Shown here: in pieces, positions 33,125-43,633 of the stretch
How the letters are laid out: each line of letters starts with the position of its first letter
Numbering within the stretch: position 1 is the stretch's first letter
The notes under the pieces: model-generated
Told to the model about the DNA's origin: nothing
Database searches by the model: none
The model's input: the letters and a program-made list of their open reading frames with translations, nothing else
Translations under genes and position numbers: made by a program
Origin: an uncultured Planctomycetota bacterium
GTDB taxonomy: Bacteria > Planctomycetota > Planctomycetia > Isosphaerales > Isosphaeraceae
Length of the DNA stretch: 64,000 nucleotides
Assembly: GCA_963823665.1 (NCBI GenBank)
Contig: CAWGMQ010000003.1
Location: 992,001 to 1,056,000 of the forward strand
Reading direction: 5' to 3'

Positions 33125-35962
33125 CTACAGAGCTTTTGAACGTTTCCGCCGCTTTTTCGGCAGCGATGGCGCAGGACGGCGTCGGGTCTTTTCCGGCAGG
33201 GCACTCAGGCGTTTCTCGATCTGGTCAAAGTAATACTCAGCCGTGGTGCGCACTTCGACGGGGATATTCTGAAGAAACCGGCGATCGCCCTGATGCAGCG
33301 CCGAGAGGGCTTCGAACCACGGGCGCAAGCGGACGTCGTCACCACGCTCGCGAAGAAAGACGAGCAGGTCGCCTGCGTAGTTCAGGTGCAGAAGAACGGC
33401 GCAGGCGCGGAGCCAATCTCCGTAGGTGTCGTCAGGAAACTGGTGGCCGATAACATCGATGGCCTCGCCTAAGGCGTCTTTGCAAAGGCCCCAGTTCGCA
33501 TCGTATGCAGCGAACAGCGCCCGTTGTAGGTGGAACGTGTCCTTTGACTCACACGGCGCTTTCATCGCTAATGTTTCAAAGGTTCGTCGCGCCGACCGCA
33601 TGTCTCCCAAAAAGTCCCGATGCAGGTAGACGAGGTTTTGAAAAGCAAATTCGTGTGTGCCGTCGATTGCGAGTGCGTTAGCGAAAGCCCTAGCTGCATC
33701 CGAGTATCTTCGCAGGTGGTCGCAATAAAGATTGCCAAGGCCGTTCCACGGATCGACGTCTCGCGGATCGATCTCGATCGCCTTCCGGTACGCCGACTCC
33801 GATTCCTCGAATCGACCGAGATGACTCTGAAGCAGATTGCCCAGGCCAGTCCACGCATAGGCGGATCGTGGATTAATCTCGATGGCCTTCCGGTACGCAG
33901 CCTCCGATTCCTCGAATCGACCGAAATGATCCTGAAGCAAATTGCCCAGGCCTTGCCAGGCAGAGTCGTTTCGCGGATCGATCTTGATCGCGGTCTGGCA
34001 AGCGACCGCGGCCTCCGAATGCAAATCTAGCTTGACAATCAAAACAAACGCCCAGTTATACCACTGCCGTGAGTCCGAGCCTGATTCGGGCGTGAGAGAA
34101 TCTCGAACCTGGCAAACGGCATCAGCACTCAGGGCAGAACCGATCTGAGCTTCGATCGTATCGACAAGCAGTTGCATGGCGTTTTTCCCATCAGCCCTAA
34201 GGAACACTCGATTCCAGTCGTCCAGATCCCCTGCGGACCGCAACTGACCGGTCGCAAGCTGTTTGCGAAACCATCTAAACGCGGCTTTGCCATATTCCGA
34301 TTCATCTCGCCGTCGCGCGTCTAGAATCGACTGAAGAACGGCCCCGATCTTGCCCACACTTAGTTTTCCGGCGATCGCGGCAAGCTTTTCCCGCTCACCG
34401 TGCGTGAACATCTGCCGGTCTCCAAGCACCTCTTCCGCGAATTGCTCCGGTGTTATGTCGATGCTGTCCGGGACGAGGGCGATCAACTTTTCGCGCAAAT
34501 CATTGAACGCTAGAGTCGCCGGTGCGAGTTTCGAGAAATCAATGACTTCTTCCATCTTGCGGCGGGACTCCCCGGCCTTGCACCGCAGCGCATCGAGCTC
34601 GGCGTGGCGGACGAGCTCCTCCTTGTCGACGGGCTTGAGCGTGGAGGCGAGCGCCCTGGCGAGCTGGAATCGGTCCGGGCTGAGGTCGCGTTCGTTCAGT
34701 AGAAGTCGGGCCAGGCGGGGCCGATCCTTTTCGTCGTAGAAGCTCTCGATGAAGCGCACAAGGAACTCGACCTCTCGCCGGTGACGGCGGGACGCGCTGC
34801 GCATCAAGAACCAGACGTTCAAGAATCGCTCGGCGATCTGATAGCCGGCCGACGATTGACCGAAGATCTCGACCTTCTCGACAAAGCCAATCTTCTCCAG
34901 GCGGTCGAGCTGCGCGGAAATACTCGCAACCGGCAGGGCGGTCGCTTCTGAAAGGGCGCGGTCCGTGATCGGCGCCCAGTCATCTGCGATCGCGCTGACA
35001 AGCACTTGCTGCTGCTCGGCGAGTTCCTCAATGCGCGCTTTGTACAGCGGGGTAACCCGGTCGAGCAGGTTTTCCAGGTCGCCAAAAACGCTCGGGGAGA
35101 AATCCTCCGCGTAGAGAAAGAAGAGCGCGACCACGGTGCGCGGATTGCCGCCCGTAAGATCACGGAGGGTTTTGGTCCGTTCCGGGTGGCGCAATACTTT
35201 TTTGCAAACGTCAGCCCTGCCGGTTGCCTCCGCGAGGCTCACCATGAGATCGCGCATCTCGTCGAACGTCAGGGGCTCCAGGTAGCGGATCTTGAAGTGA
35301 TCAAAGAACGCGGCAGCGTAACTCTGCGTTTCCGGAGGCGGGCTTGGGCTGGCGCCGACAACAATCGGACTGCCGCGACGCATGAGCAGCTCACGGAGGG
35401 CGTGCTGCTCGACATCTGCAATCCGTTCGAAGACGAGTTGCAAGTTGTCCACGAGCAGCACAGGCCGCCTGCCGACCCTCGAGGCCTCCTCCTGGAAGGC
35501 GACGAGCGCAGCGCGGGCGGGCAACTCGTCTTTTTTGGCCGTGCCGCCCGTTTGATGTTTCAAAGTACGAACGACGGCGTCGATGCGGTCGCTGGCGGCA
35601 GTGTCGCCCGCACGTTCGGCCGCATCGGCAAGCGAATCGAGGCAGTTCAACCAGAACTTCGACAAGCGATCGACCGAGTATTGTTCCTCCGCGAAGACCA
35701 ACGGCACGAAACGCTCCGAGAGAATCGGGCTCGTCCGTAGCTCGGCGGCGAGCCGCATGAGCAATGTGCTTTTTCCCATGCCGCGCTGGCCGACGATGAG
35801 GTGGTGCTGCGGCCGGCTCTTTGCCTTCTCGGCGGCGATTTCGGTCAGCACTCGCTCGAAAATCGCCTTCCGGGCGACGAACGCCGCGGCGATTTCCGAG
35901 TCTGTAAACCGAACGGGATTATGGAGCGTGAGCCGGCTCACACTGAGCGTGCCAGTATTCAT
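33125..35962 (-). CDS. STAND/AAA NTPase with wHTH-like region and TPR repeats
   Basis: Walker A GQRGMGKST, Walker B-like VLLVDN, TGGNPR motif, C-terminal TPRs. The ATG overlaps the upstream stop (ATGA). Confidence 0.85.
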   Translation of the reverse strand: MNTGTLSVSRLTLHNPVRFTDSEIAAAFVARKAIFERVLTEIAAEKAKSRPQHHLIVGQRGMGKSTLLMRLAAELRTSPILSERFVPLVFAEEQYSVDRLSKFWLNCLDSLADAAERAGDTAASDRIDAVVRTLKHQTGGTAKKDELPARAALVAFQEEASRVGRRPVLLVDNLQLVFERIADVEQHALRELLMRRGSPIVVGASPSPPPETQSYAAAFFDHFKIRYLEPLTFDEMRDLMVSLAEATGRADVCKKVLRHPERTKTLRDLTGGNPRTVVALFFLYAEDFSPSVFGDLENLLDRVTPLYKARIEELAEQQQVLVSAIADDWAPITDRALSEATALPVASISAQLDRLEKIGFVEKVEIFGQSSAGYQIAERFLNVWFLMRSASRRHRREVEFLVRFIESFYDEKDRPRLARLLLNERDLSPDRFQLARALASTLKPVDKEELVRHAELDALRCKAGESRRKMEEVIDFSKLAPATLAFNDLREKLIALVPDSIDITPEQFAEEVLGDRQMFTHGEREKLAAIAGKLSVGKIGAVLQSILDARRRDESEYGKAAFRWFRKQLATGQLRSAGDLDDWNRVFLRADGKNAMQLLVDTIEAQIGSALSADAVCQVRDSLTPESGSDSRQWYNWAFVLIVKLDLHSEAAVACQTAIKIDPRNDSAWQGLGNLLQDHFGRFEESEAAYRKAIEINPRSAYAWTGLGNLLQSHLGRFEESESAYRKAIEIDPRDVDPWNGLGNLYCDHLRRYSDAARAFANALAIDGTHEFAFQNLVYLHRDFLGDMRSARRTFETLAMKAPCESKDTFHLQRALFAAYDANWGLCKDALGEAIDVIGHQFPDDTYGDWLRACAVLLHLNYAGDLLVFLRERGDDVRLRPWFEALSALHQGDRRFLQNIPVEVRTTAEYYFDQIEKRLSALPEKTRRRPAPSLPKKRRKRSKAL
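33766..33995 (-). repeat. Near-identical 105-nt tandem TPR-coding repeats
   Basis: CCTTCCGGTACGC...CTCCGATTCCTCGAATCGACCGA at ~33781 and ~33886; protein GLGNLLQxHxGRFEESExAYRKAIEI twice. Confidence 0.85.
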
Positions 35963-37137
35963 TTGCCGTGCCTTCGTCGCCAGTATTCGCGAAGCAAAAA
36001 GGAGCGAAAGGCGTAACGTGCGCGTGTCTCCAGCAGGTAGCCGTCGCGCTGCAAAGCGATCAGGAGGCGGGTGAGCTGTTCTCGGACGATATCCGAGTTT
36101 GCTGCCGGCTTGGCCATGAGAATCGCGAGTATCTGATCGTGCGTGCGGCCTTTCGGGTGCTTGCAGAGGTGGCCAAGAATCGCTTTGCACACCGTGGCGT
36201 CCGACGTCGAGAACTGCACTTCGATCCGTTCGTGCCAGGTGTCAAAGTAGGAGAGTTTTGGGGCTCGAGCAGGGAATCGAAAGCCTTCGAAATCGACCGC
36301 TGTTCCGTATCGCGGAGCTCGTGGAAAACCAAATGCAAATGGTAGGCGAGCGGCCAACCGACTCGACGAATGATGTCATCACGCTCGGCCTGCTCAAGCG
36401 CCAGCTCATTCGACTCGCCCAGTTCGATCAGGAACGCGTCGGCCTCGTCGGCAGAGAACGCCTCCAGGGTGAATACCTGGAGGTCGTTGATCAGTTTATG
36501 GAGCTTCTGGTCCTGGACGAAATTGTCGAGGCCGATCGAGCCGAGGAACACCCAGCGTATCTTCTTGCGGAACGTCTGCCGCAGCTCGCGCAGCCAGTGC
36601 AAAATCGCGGTGACCCGGATGCCCATCCTCCGCCTTTTGAAGCGTTAGCAAGAACTCGGGCAACTCGTCGACAGCGATGAGAACGCGGTCGTCGCCACTT
36701 TCGATATTGCGAAAAACGGATTCGATAGCCTTGCGCAAAGTCGAATGCTCCGCATCGGTGGCATCGCCCAGACTTAGCTCGAGTCCAGGTACCTTGATTC
36801 CGGCACCGCCGAGTCGTTGTCGAAACTTGCGGAACGCTTCCGTGCCGCGAGCAATCCACTGGGGTTGGAGCTGGGCATTCGCATGTTCCTCGATGAACTT
36901 TTCCGCGAAAGCGAACTCGTCGCCTTGTCCTTGAACGTTCAGGAAGACAGCCTTTTGCTGGCAAGTGGATTTCCAGGTTTCGCAGAGGCGGAGCACGAGT
37001 GAGATCTTGCCGACGCGCCGGGGCGCAACGAGAAGAATGTTCGCGTTGGCGTCGAGCTCCCGACGAAGCTTCGCCAGAATCTGGGGCCGATCGAAGAAGT
37101 CGTCGCCTTCCACGGGACTGCCAATGATGTTTCTCAT
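35959..37137 (-). CDS. P-loop ATPase (AAA/ATPase_2-like, ~390 aa; frameshifts ~36625 and ~36255)
   Basis: GSPVEGDDFFDR, APRRVGKIS, IAVDELPE, FLGSIGL and FRSFLLREYW across three overlapping ORFs. Confidence 0.8.
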
Positions 37138-38075
37138 CACTGAATCCCAAGACGCCGAGTCTGCGCCGTCAATATACAAAATTGTATTTCTATGGTTTTG
37201 TATAAGAAAACTGGGAACGGTCCTTCCCTTTGGCATCGGTCCAGTAAGAGCGGGCATAAATGCCAGAATTCACACGATTGTGACGATTGAATCAGCTTCG
37301 TCGAACGAGGAATGTTTGAAGAACAGGATTCCTTCATCGCCTCAGGATCGCATCCTGGCGCGAGCACCGTCTGGTTCCATTCCCGCAGTCGGGCGCGCCA
37401 GGCGGCCGGATCATCGGCGTTCTCCTCGACCACCCAGCGCTGCACCTCGTCGGCCCGGATCGGCAGAAAGCAGCTCATCTCGCTCGGAGCATACTCTCCA
37501 TTTGAACCAAGCTGCTCGATGCCCACCGATTCACCGTCAAATCGCCAGATCTCCTTGACCTGAAGCGCCCGGTAGATCGCTTGACGCTCGATCTCGGACG
37601 GCGATATGTCGATCTCGATCGCGAGATCGGGATTGGGATAGTCGGCGATATCCTGCGACCGCCGTTTCACCGCGTCGCGGTCCCTCGCAAGCTTCTCACG
37701 CAGGAAGTAGTAGCACTGGTCGGCCTCCAAACCGCGCGCAATCTCAGGTCGTTTCCAGGTCGTCTCGCCCGCTGAGCTGCAATCGATGTGGAGATCGTCG
37801 GTGATCGCGGTCACCAACCTCCCGAATCTGTCCTTGAAATGCTCGTGGACTCGCCCCTTCACCATGATCTCAAGGTCCTTTCCGTCGTACGCCAGGAAAA
37901 CTCCTTGGCGCGGATCGATCGCGTCGGAGAGCGCATCGTAGAGCTCCCACGATAAGCCCCGGATCGCGATTCGCTTTTCGGCGGGGGCGCAAGAGGCCGC
38001 TGTGATTGGCGCGCCGGCGGTCGCCACGTCCGGCAGGGCAGATCTTGACGGGGCGCTGGTGATTGTTGACATCAT
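37137..38075 (-). CDS. Uma2 (DUF820) family endonuclease-like protein; homology ends near 37360
   Basis: GLSWELY, LAYDGKDLEIM, GLEADQCYYF, PDLAIEIDIS and EIWRFDG. Confidence 0.88.
   Translation of the reverse strand: MMSTITSAPSRSALPDVATAGAPITAASCAPAEKRIAIRGLSWELYDALSDAIDPRQGVFLAYDGKDLEIMVKGRVHEHFKDRFGRLVTAITDDLHIDCSSAGETTWKRPEIARGLEADQCYYFLREKLARDRDAVKRRSQDIADYPNPDLAIEIDISPSEIERQAIYRALQVKEIWRFDGESVGIEQLGSNGEYAPSEMSCFLPIRADEVQRWVVEENADDPAAWRARLREWNQTVLAPGCDPEAMKESCSSNIPRSTKLIQSSQSCEFWHLCPLLLDRCQREGPFPVFLYKTIEIQFCILTAQTRRLGIQ
37171..37210 (-). promoter_or_regulatory. AT-rich promoter/operator-like site of the two-ATPase operon
   Basis: ATACAA-AA-TTGTAT palindrome (37174-37187) and a second TTGTAT (37198-37203), 35-70 nt upstream of ATG 37137. 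Confidence 0.5.
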
Positions 38076-38287
38076 TCCGTCTCCAAGTCGCAGGACGATT
38101 GGTTGCGATTGCCATTTCGGCCCAGCGCGGCCGTCCCGCGCACCAATTATAGCCGAACTGGTGCGCCGCGAGCACGAGCCCGCAGCGGAATCGCTCGACC
38201 CGCGGTCTCAACGCGCCGTACAATCGCGGCGGGCCCGGAGTCCACGGCGCTCGGAAAGACCCCCCCTCCCCTGAAATGTGATCCAAG

Positions 38288-39529
38288 ATGCTTGCCGACC
38301 TACTCTCTGACGCTCTGAAGAAGTACGATCCGGCAGATCCCCGGTACGCGACTGACGTGGTCGAGCGGGTTCTTTCGGCCGCGCGCGCGAGCGGGGCCAG
38401 CGACGTGCATCTCCAGCCGAGCGCGCTTGGCCTCGAGCTTTCCTGGCGGATCGACGGCGTGTTGCAGGCGGTGACGTCGATTCCGGCCAAGGTTGGCCCC
38501 AACATCGTGGCGCGGCTCAAGGTTCTCTCGGAGCTGCTCACCTACCGGACGGACGTCCCGCAAGAAGGGCGGATCAAGGGGGCGCCCGGCGAAGTGGAGA
38601 TGCGGGTGAGCACGTTCCCCACGCTGTTCGGCGAGAAGGCGGTGGTTCGTCTGTTCGCGGCCCCCGGGCTTTTCCTGCGGATCGAAGAGCTCGGCCTGCC
38701 CGGGGAAGTGAGCGACGGCCTGGGCCGGATGCTCGGCGAGACTTCCGGAGCGATCGTGCTCGCCGGCCCTTCCGGCAGCGGCAAGACGACCACGATCTAC
38801 GCTTGCCTGCGCGAACTAGCCGCGCGGTCGAAGGGCCAGCGCAGCCTGGCGACGCTCGAAGACCCGATCGAGGCCGTCGTGCCGGGCGTGGCCCAGGCCC
38901 AGGTGAACCTGGCCGCCGGCCTCACACTCGAGTCGGGCCTCAAGTCGCTGTTGCGACAAGATCCGGAAGTGATCGCCATCGGTGAGATTCGCGACCGGGC
39001 CACCGCAGCGATCGCCTTGCAGGCCGCACTGACCGGCCACTTGATCCTCACCACCTTTCACGCCGGCAGTGCCTGCGAAGTGATCGGCAGACTGCTCGAC
39101 ATGGGGATCGAGCCCTACGTTGTGCGCAGCGGCCTCCGCGCGGTGGTGGCCCAGCGCCTGGTGCGGCGGCTGTGCTCGTGCTCGAAGCCCGCCACTACCC
39201 CCGACGAGCTTCTCGGCCTGCCGGTCGAAACCGCTCGAGTGCCGCGGGGCTGTGAGCTCTGCCGGGGCACAGGGTACCGCGGCCGCACGGTGCTCGCGGA
39301 ATTACTGCTTCCCGAACACGAGGAGATTGCCCGGGCGATTCTGGCCCAATCGGACGTACGCAGACTCGAGCAAGTGGCGCTCTCGGCCGGGATGGTCGAT
39401 CGCTGGGCGCGTGCCTGCGCGGCAGTTCAAGCCGGGCTGACTTCCCCAGCAGAAATTCGCCGCGTACTGGGCGTCGGCAGCGCCGCGTCGAGCGCGCATG
39501 GGAACCGGCCGGTCGCGGAGCCGGATTGA
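38288..39529 (+). CDS. gspE: GspE/PilB family assembly ATPase (short form)
   Basis: ASDVHLQP, GPSGSGKTT, TLEDPIE, LRQDPEVIAIGEIRD, GHLILTTFH and a Cys knuckle. Confidence 0.92.
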   Translation: MLADLLSDALKKYDPADPRYATDVVERVLSAARASGASDVHLQPSALGLELSWRIDGVLQAVTSIPAKVGPNIVARLKVLSELLTYRTDVPQEGRIKGAPGEVEMRVSTFPTLFGEKAVVRLFAAPGLFLRIEELGLPGEVSDGLGRMLGETSGAIVLAGPSGSGKTTTIYACLRELAARSKGQRSLATLEDPIEAVVPGVAQAQVNLAAGLTLESGLKSLLRQDPEVIAIGEIRDRATAAIALQAALTGHLILTTFHAGSACEVIGRLLDMGIEPYVVRSGLRAVVAQRLVRRLCSCSKPATTPDELLGLPVETARVPRGCELCRGTGYRGRTVLAELLLPEHEEIARAILAQSDVRRLEQVALSAGMVDRWARACAAVQAGLTSPAEIRRVLGVGSAASSAHGNRPVAEPD

Positions 39530-39587
39530 CAACCTCGGACATTTGTGGTGAGATAGCCATTGCACAAATGTCGTAGGGAAGGGGGCA

Positions 39588-40677
39588 GTGAGCGTGATGC
39601 ACGAGGGCGAGCTTGGTGCGAGACGGGCTGGGGCCATCACGATCGAGCAGTTATTCGCTCTCAATGAAGAGATCCGGGCGCTGGTTCGAGCGGGGGTGCC
39701 GCTGGAGCGCGGGCTGCTCACGGCCGCGCGAGATCTGCGGGGGCGTTTGGGGCGGATCACGGGCGCTCTCGCGGGTCGTCTGAACCGCGGGGAGAGCCTG
39801 GTGCAGGCCCTGGAAGCGGAGAAGCAGGTCCTGCCGCCGCTCTATCGCGCGGTGGTCGAGGCGGGGGCGAGGTCCGGCCAGTTGCCGGTTGCGCTCGAGG
39901 GCCTGGCCCGCTATGTGCGCGGGTATTCCGAGGCCAGGGCCACGATCGGGCTGGCCCTCTGGTACCCTCTGGTGGTTCTGAGCCTGGCCTACCTGCTCTT
40001 TGTGGGGCTGGTGCTGGTGATCGTGCCGCGGTTTCTTGGCGCGTTCGAATCGCTCGGTCTTTCATCGCCGGCAGCGCTGCGCTGGCTGAGCGTGGCCGGG
40101 AAATCCGCCGATTACTGGTGGCTGGCCGGGCCGATCGCACTCCTGCTGCTGGCGATCGCGTGGGTCCGCTCGGGGGCGGCGGCCAGGTTCCAGTCGGCGT
40201 CGTGGACATGGCTCAAGCTTTTCCCCTGGATGCGGTCGATCCTGACCAATTACGAGGGTGCCAACTTCTGCGAGCTGCTCGCGCTGCTGCTCGAGCATGA
40301 AGTGACTTTTCCAGATGCCCTCGAGCTGGCTGGCGAATCGACCGGTAACCCGCGGCTATTGCGCGGCGCTCTCTCTCTCGCAAGCGATCGAGAGCGGTCA
40401 GTCCGCATCTGAGGCGCTCGAGAAAATCGACCGAGCGGCGTTCCTGCCGATGCTGCGCTGGGTCCTGGCGACGGGGCAGGAGCAAGGCTCGCTTCCGCGT
40501 GCCTTGCGAAACCTGGCCGGGCACTACCGCAGACGTGCCAAGTATCTGGCCGAGAAGCTCTCGGTGTTCTTACCGACGTTCATCATGGTGGTGATCGGGG
40601 CGAGCGCAACCTTGTTTTACGCACTTGCACTTTTCATCCCGATCATCAACCTGCTGGGTCAACTTTCCATTAATTGA
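39588..40677 (+). CDS. gspF: GspF/PilC family platform protein 1 (frameshift ~40375)
   Basis: LVRAGVPLERGL, EAGARSGQL and YPLVVL; break in a CT dinucleotide run. Confidence 0.85.
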
Positions 40678-40721
40678 AGCTAGTCGACGCGAAGCCGGCG
40701 ACGGTGCGCCTCGGGGGGGCG

Positions 40722-41789
40722 ATGCCTGACTCAAACGGACAAGACTATTCGAGTGCTCGACTGAGCGGGCCCGACGCGGCCGAGCTGTCGAGCCAGATTG
40801 CCTCCGTCACTCGCGCGGGGCTGCCGTTGGCCCAGGGCCTCGCCGCGCTCTCGGCCGAGCTGCCGCGCGGCGGCCTGCGCCGATCGATCGAAGACCTGGC
40901 CAGGGCGCTGAACAAGAGGTATGCCGCTCGAAGAGGCGGTGAAAACCCGTGAAAGCAGCTTGCCGCCGCACCTGCGCGGGCTGCTGCTGGCGGGACTACG
41001 CTCGGGCGAGCTGGGTGACTTGCTCGATCGTTTCTATGAATATCTGAATATCGGAGTCGAGTTGAAGCGGAAGCTCTGGCTCTCACTCGCCTACCCGGCG
41101 CTCACGGTGGCAGCCGCGATGGCGCTCCTGCTGTTCGTCTGCCTGTTTCTGGTCGCGCAATTCGAGACGATTTACCGAGACTTCGGCATCCCGTTGCGGT
41201 CCTTCACGACCGTGCTGATCGTCTTTTCGCACGTTGTTTCGCGTACGTTCGTTCCGCTGGGAGTATTCGCGGGCGTGATTCTGTGTGTCTGGCTCGCCGG
41301 TCGCGTTTTCCTGCCGTGCGCAACCCGGCGCAGCATCGCGTGCAAGCTTCCGCTCCTGGGGCGCGTTTGGCGCTCGATGTCGCTTGCCGAGTTCTGCCAC
41401 TTGCTCGCGCTGCTCGTGAACGGGCGGATTCCGATGGCGGAGGCCCTTCGGCTGACGGGTCAAGGAGTCGAGGATGCCTCGATCGACCTGGACTGCCGGC
41501 TGATGGCCCAGCGCATCGAGCTGGGTGAGTCGCTTTCGCGGTCGATGGCGGCGCGACATCGGTTCCCGATCGGCCTGGCCCGATTGCTTCGGTGGGCCGA
41601 AAACCAGAAGAGCGTGCCCGAGGTCCTGCACATGGCCGGCGCGATGTTCGAGGCCCGCGCCCGGCGCAGTCGACATTCGTGGGCATCATCCTCAATTTCC
41701 TGTGCGTGCTCATGGTCTTGTGCATGATCCTGATCGTGCCGGCGCTTTTCACGCCGCTCATCACGTTGATCAGCAGACTATCGGGTTAA
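40722..41789 (+). CDS. gspF: GspF/PilC family platform protein 2 (frameshifts ~40918 and ~41665)
   Basis: AGLPLAQGL, AGLRSGEL, LAYPAL, FETIYRDFG and KLPLLG. Confidence 0.83.
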
Positions 41790-41813
41790 GCTCGCCCTTC
41801 AGGGGAAACCGCC

Positions 41814-43133
41814 GTGGTACGAGGATCAGTTGAGCCTGCTGGCAGCGAAAAGAGCTCCTGCGGCGAAGTCGTGACGCCCGCGAACGGCGAAGGAGCGCCC
41901 GAGCTCGAGCTGGAATTCGCTGACGCAGAAGTCGCACGCCTGGCGCGCGGCAATCCGTGGCGGCTCTCCCACCTGATGTATGCGGTCGCCGTCGTGGCGA
42001 TCTTGCTCTGGCTGGGGATCGTCGTGGCCGGCTCGGTTGTCGCCGTGCTGCTCATCGGCGTGGCTCTGTTGCTCATCCTGTTCGTCGCCGCGATGGGAAG
42101 CATGGCGATCCTGGCGTGGGGGTCGGCGACAAAGCAAAATGCGCTTTTGCATATCCTGGCGATCGCTGCGGAACGAGGAATGCCCCTGGCACCGGCAGTT
42201 GCTGCGTTCGCCGACCAGTACCGCGGACTGAGGCACCGGCGAGTGATGCACTTGGCCGCCCGCTTGAACTGGGGCGCAACTCTTCCAGACGCGCTCGAAG
42301 GCTCGCGCTCGCTCGTGACGCGCGACGCGACGCTCCTGGCGTGGGTGGGGCAGGGCGCCGGCAAGCTCCCGAAGGCGCTCCGAACCGCCGCCGAATCGCG
42401 CTCGAGCCAGCTTCCGATCTGGACGAGCATCGCGTCGCGACTGGCTTACATCCTCGTGCTCGTGCTCGTCATGCAGATCATCAGTGGATTCATCCTTTAT
42501 TTTATCGTGCCCAAATTCGAGTCGATCTTCAGAGACTTCAATCTCCCGCTGCCGCGGGTCACGATCGCGGTCATCGAGGCGGCCCACTATTTCATCGCGT
42601 TCGCACCGGTGACGTCGTTCATTCCGCTTGCCGAGGTGATCCTTCTGATCTTCTTGCCTATTTCGTTCCTGAGCTGGGGAAATTACAGCGTGCCCGTCGT
42701 CGACCGATTGCTGGGCCGGCGCCATATGGCACTGGTGCTGCGATCACTGTCTCTCTTCGTCGAGGGAGGCAAGCCGATCGCGCAGGGGCTCGCGCTGCTC
42801 GCCGCGCATTACCCGACCTTCTGGTTTCGTCGCCGGCTGCGCGGAGCCGACAAGTACGTTCGAGGAGGCGTCGATTGGATCGAAGCGCTCAGGCGCCACG
42901 GCGTGATCCGGGCCGCGGACGCCGCCGTTCTGACTTCAGCCGAATCGGTCGGGAACCTGGCCTGGGCCCTCGAGGAGCTTGCGGAAACAGCAGAGCGCCG
43001 GCTTGCCACCCGGATTCAGCTCGTGATTCAGACATCCTTTCCACTCGTTGTGATCATCCTGGGCGTTCTGGTGTTTATCCTGGCGACGGCCTACTTTCTG
43101 CCGCTGGTTACCCTGATCCAGAAACTGACTTGA
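41814..43133 (+). CDS. gspF: GspF/PilC family platform protein 3 with extra N-terminal TM segments
   Basis: ERGMPLAPAV, FIVPKFESIFRDFNLPLP and AESVGNL. Confidence 0.85.
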   Translation: MVRGSVEPAGSEKSSCGEVVTPANGEGAPELELEFADAEVARLARGNPWRLSHLMYAVAVVAILLWLGIVVAGSVVAVLLIGVALLLILFVAAMGSMAILAWGSATKQNALLHILAIAAERGMPLAPAVAAFADQYRGLRHRRVMHLAARLNWGATLPDALEGSRSLVTRDATLLAWVGQGAGKLPKALRTAAESRSSQLPIWTSIASRLAYILVLVLVMQIISGFILYFIVPKFESIFRDFNLPLPRVTIAVIEAAHYFIAFAPVTSFIPLAEVILLIFLPISFLSWGNYSVPVVDRLLGRRHMALVLRSLSLFVEGGKPIAQGLALLAAHYPTFWFRRRLRGADKYVRGGVDWIEALRRHGVIRAADAAVLTSAESVGNLAWALEELAETAERRLATRIQLVIQTSFPLVVIILGVLVFILATAYFLPLVTLIQKLT

Positions 43134-43135
43134 AT

Positions 43136-43633
43136 ATGATTTTGTTCCATTCTCACAAATCCGATTGGCCGCACGACCAAGGGACGCAGCCTCCCCGCGA
43201 GAAAGTTGGCAAGCCGCCCGGCAATCGCCGTGGCTCGCTGCTCGCCGAGGTGGGCATCTCGACGGTTGTGCTCACGATCGTGATGGGGCTCACGGTCAAG
43301 GTGCTGGGGACGATCGCCCAGGAGCGCCGGGCCGCTTCGGAACGGCAACAAGGCACACTTGAAGTTGGGAATCTGATGGAACGCATCACCGCTTATCCGT
43401 TCGAGCAGGTCACGCCGGAGCTCGCTCGGAGCATGGCGGTCTCGGATCTGGCGCGTCGATCGCTGCGCGACAGCGAGCTGGCGATCGAGGTGAGCGGTGC
43501 CGGCCAGAGCGGCGCGGCGAGGCGACCGGCCAAGCGAGTGATGATCCGGCTGCGATGGAAGGGAGCGGGGGGGCAGTGGCAAAGCCCGGTGCGGCTCACC
43601 TCGTGGGTCGAGCCCGGGAGGGCAAGCCCATGA
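43136..43633 (+). CDS. Minor (pseudo)pilin-like protein
   Basis: RRG|SLLAEV class III signal followed by a hydrophobic helix. Confidence 0.75.
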   Translation: MILFHSHKSDWPHDQGTQPPREKVGKPPGNRRGSLLAEVGISTVVLTIVMGLTVKVLGTIAQERRAASERQQGTLEVGNLMERITAYPFEQVTPELARSMAVSDLARRSLRDSELAIEVSGAGQSGAARRPAKRVMIRLRWKGAGGQWQSPVRLTSWVEPGRASP

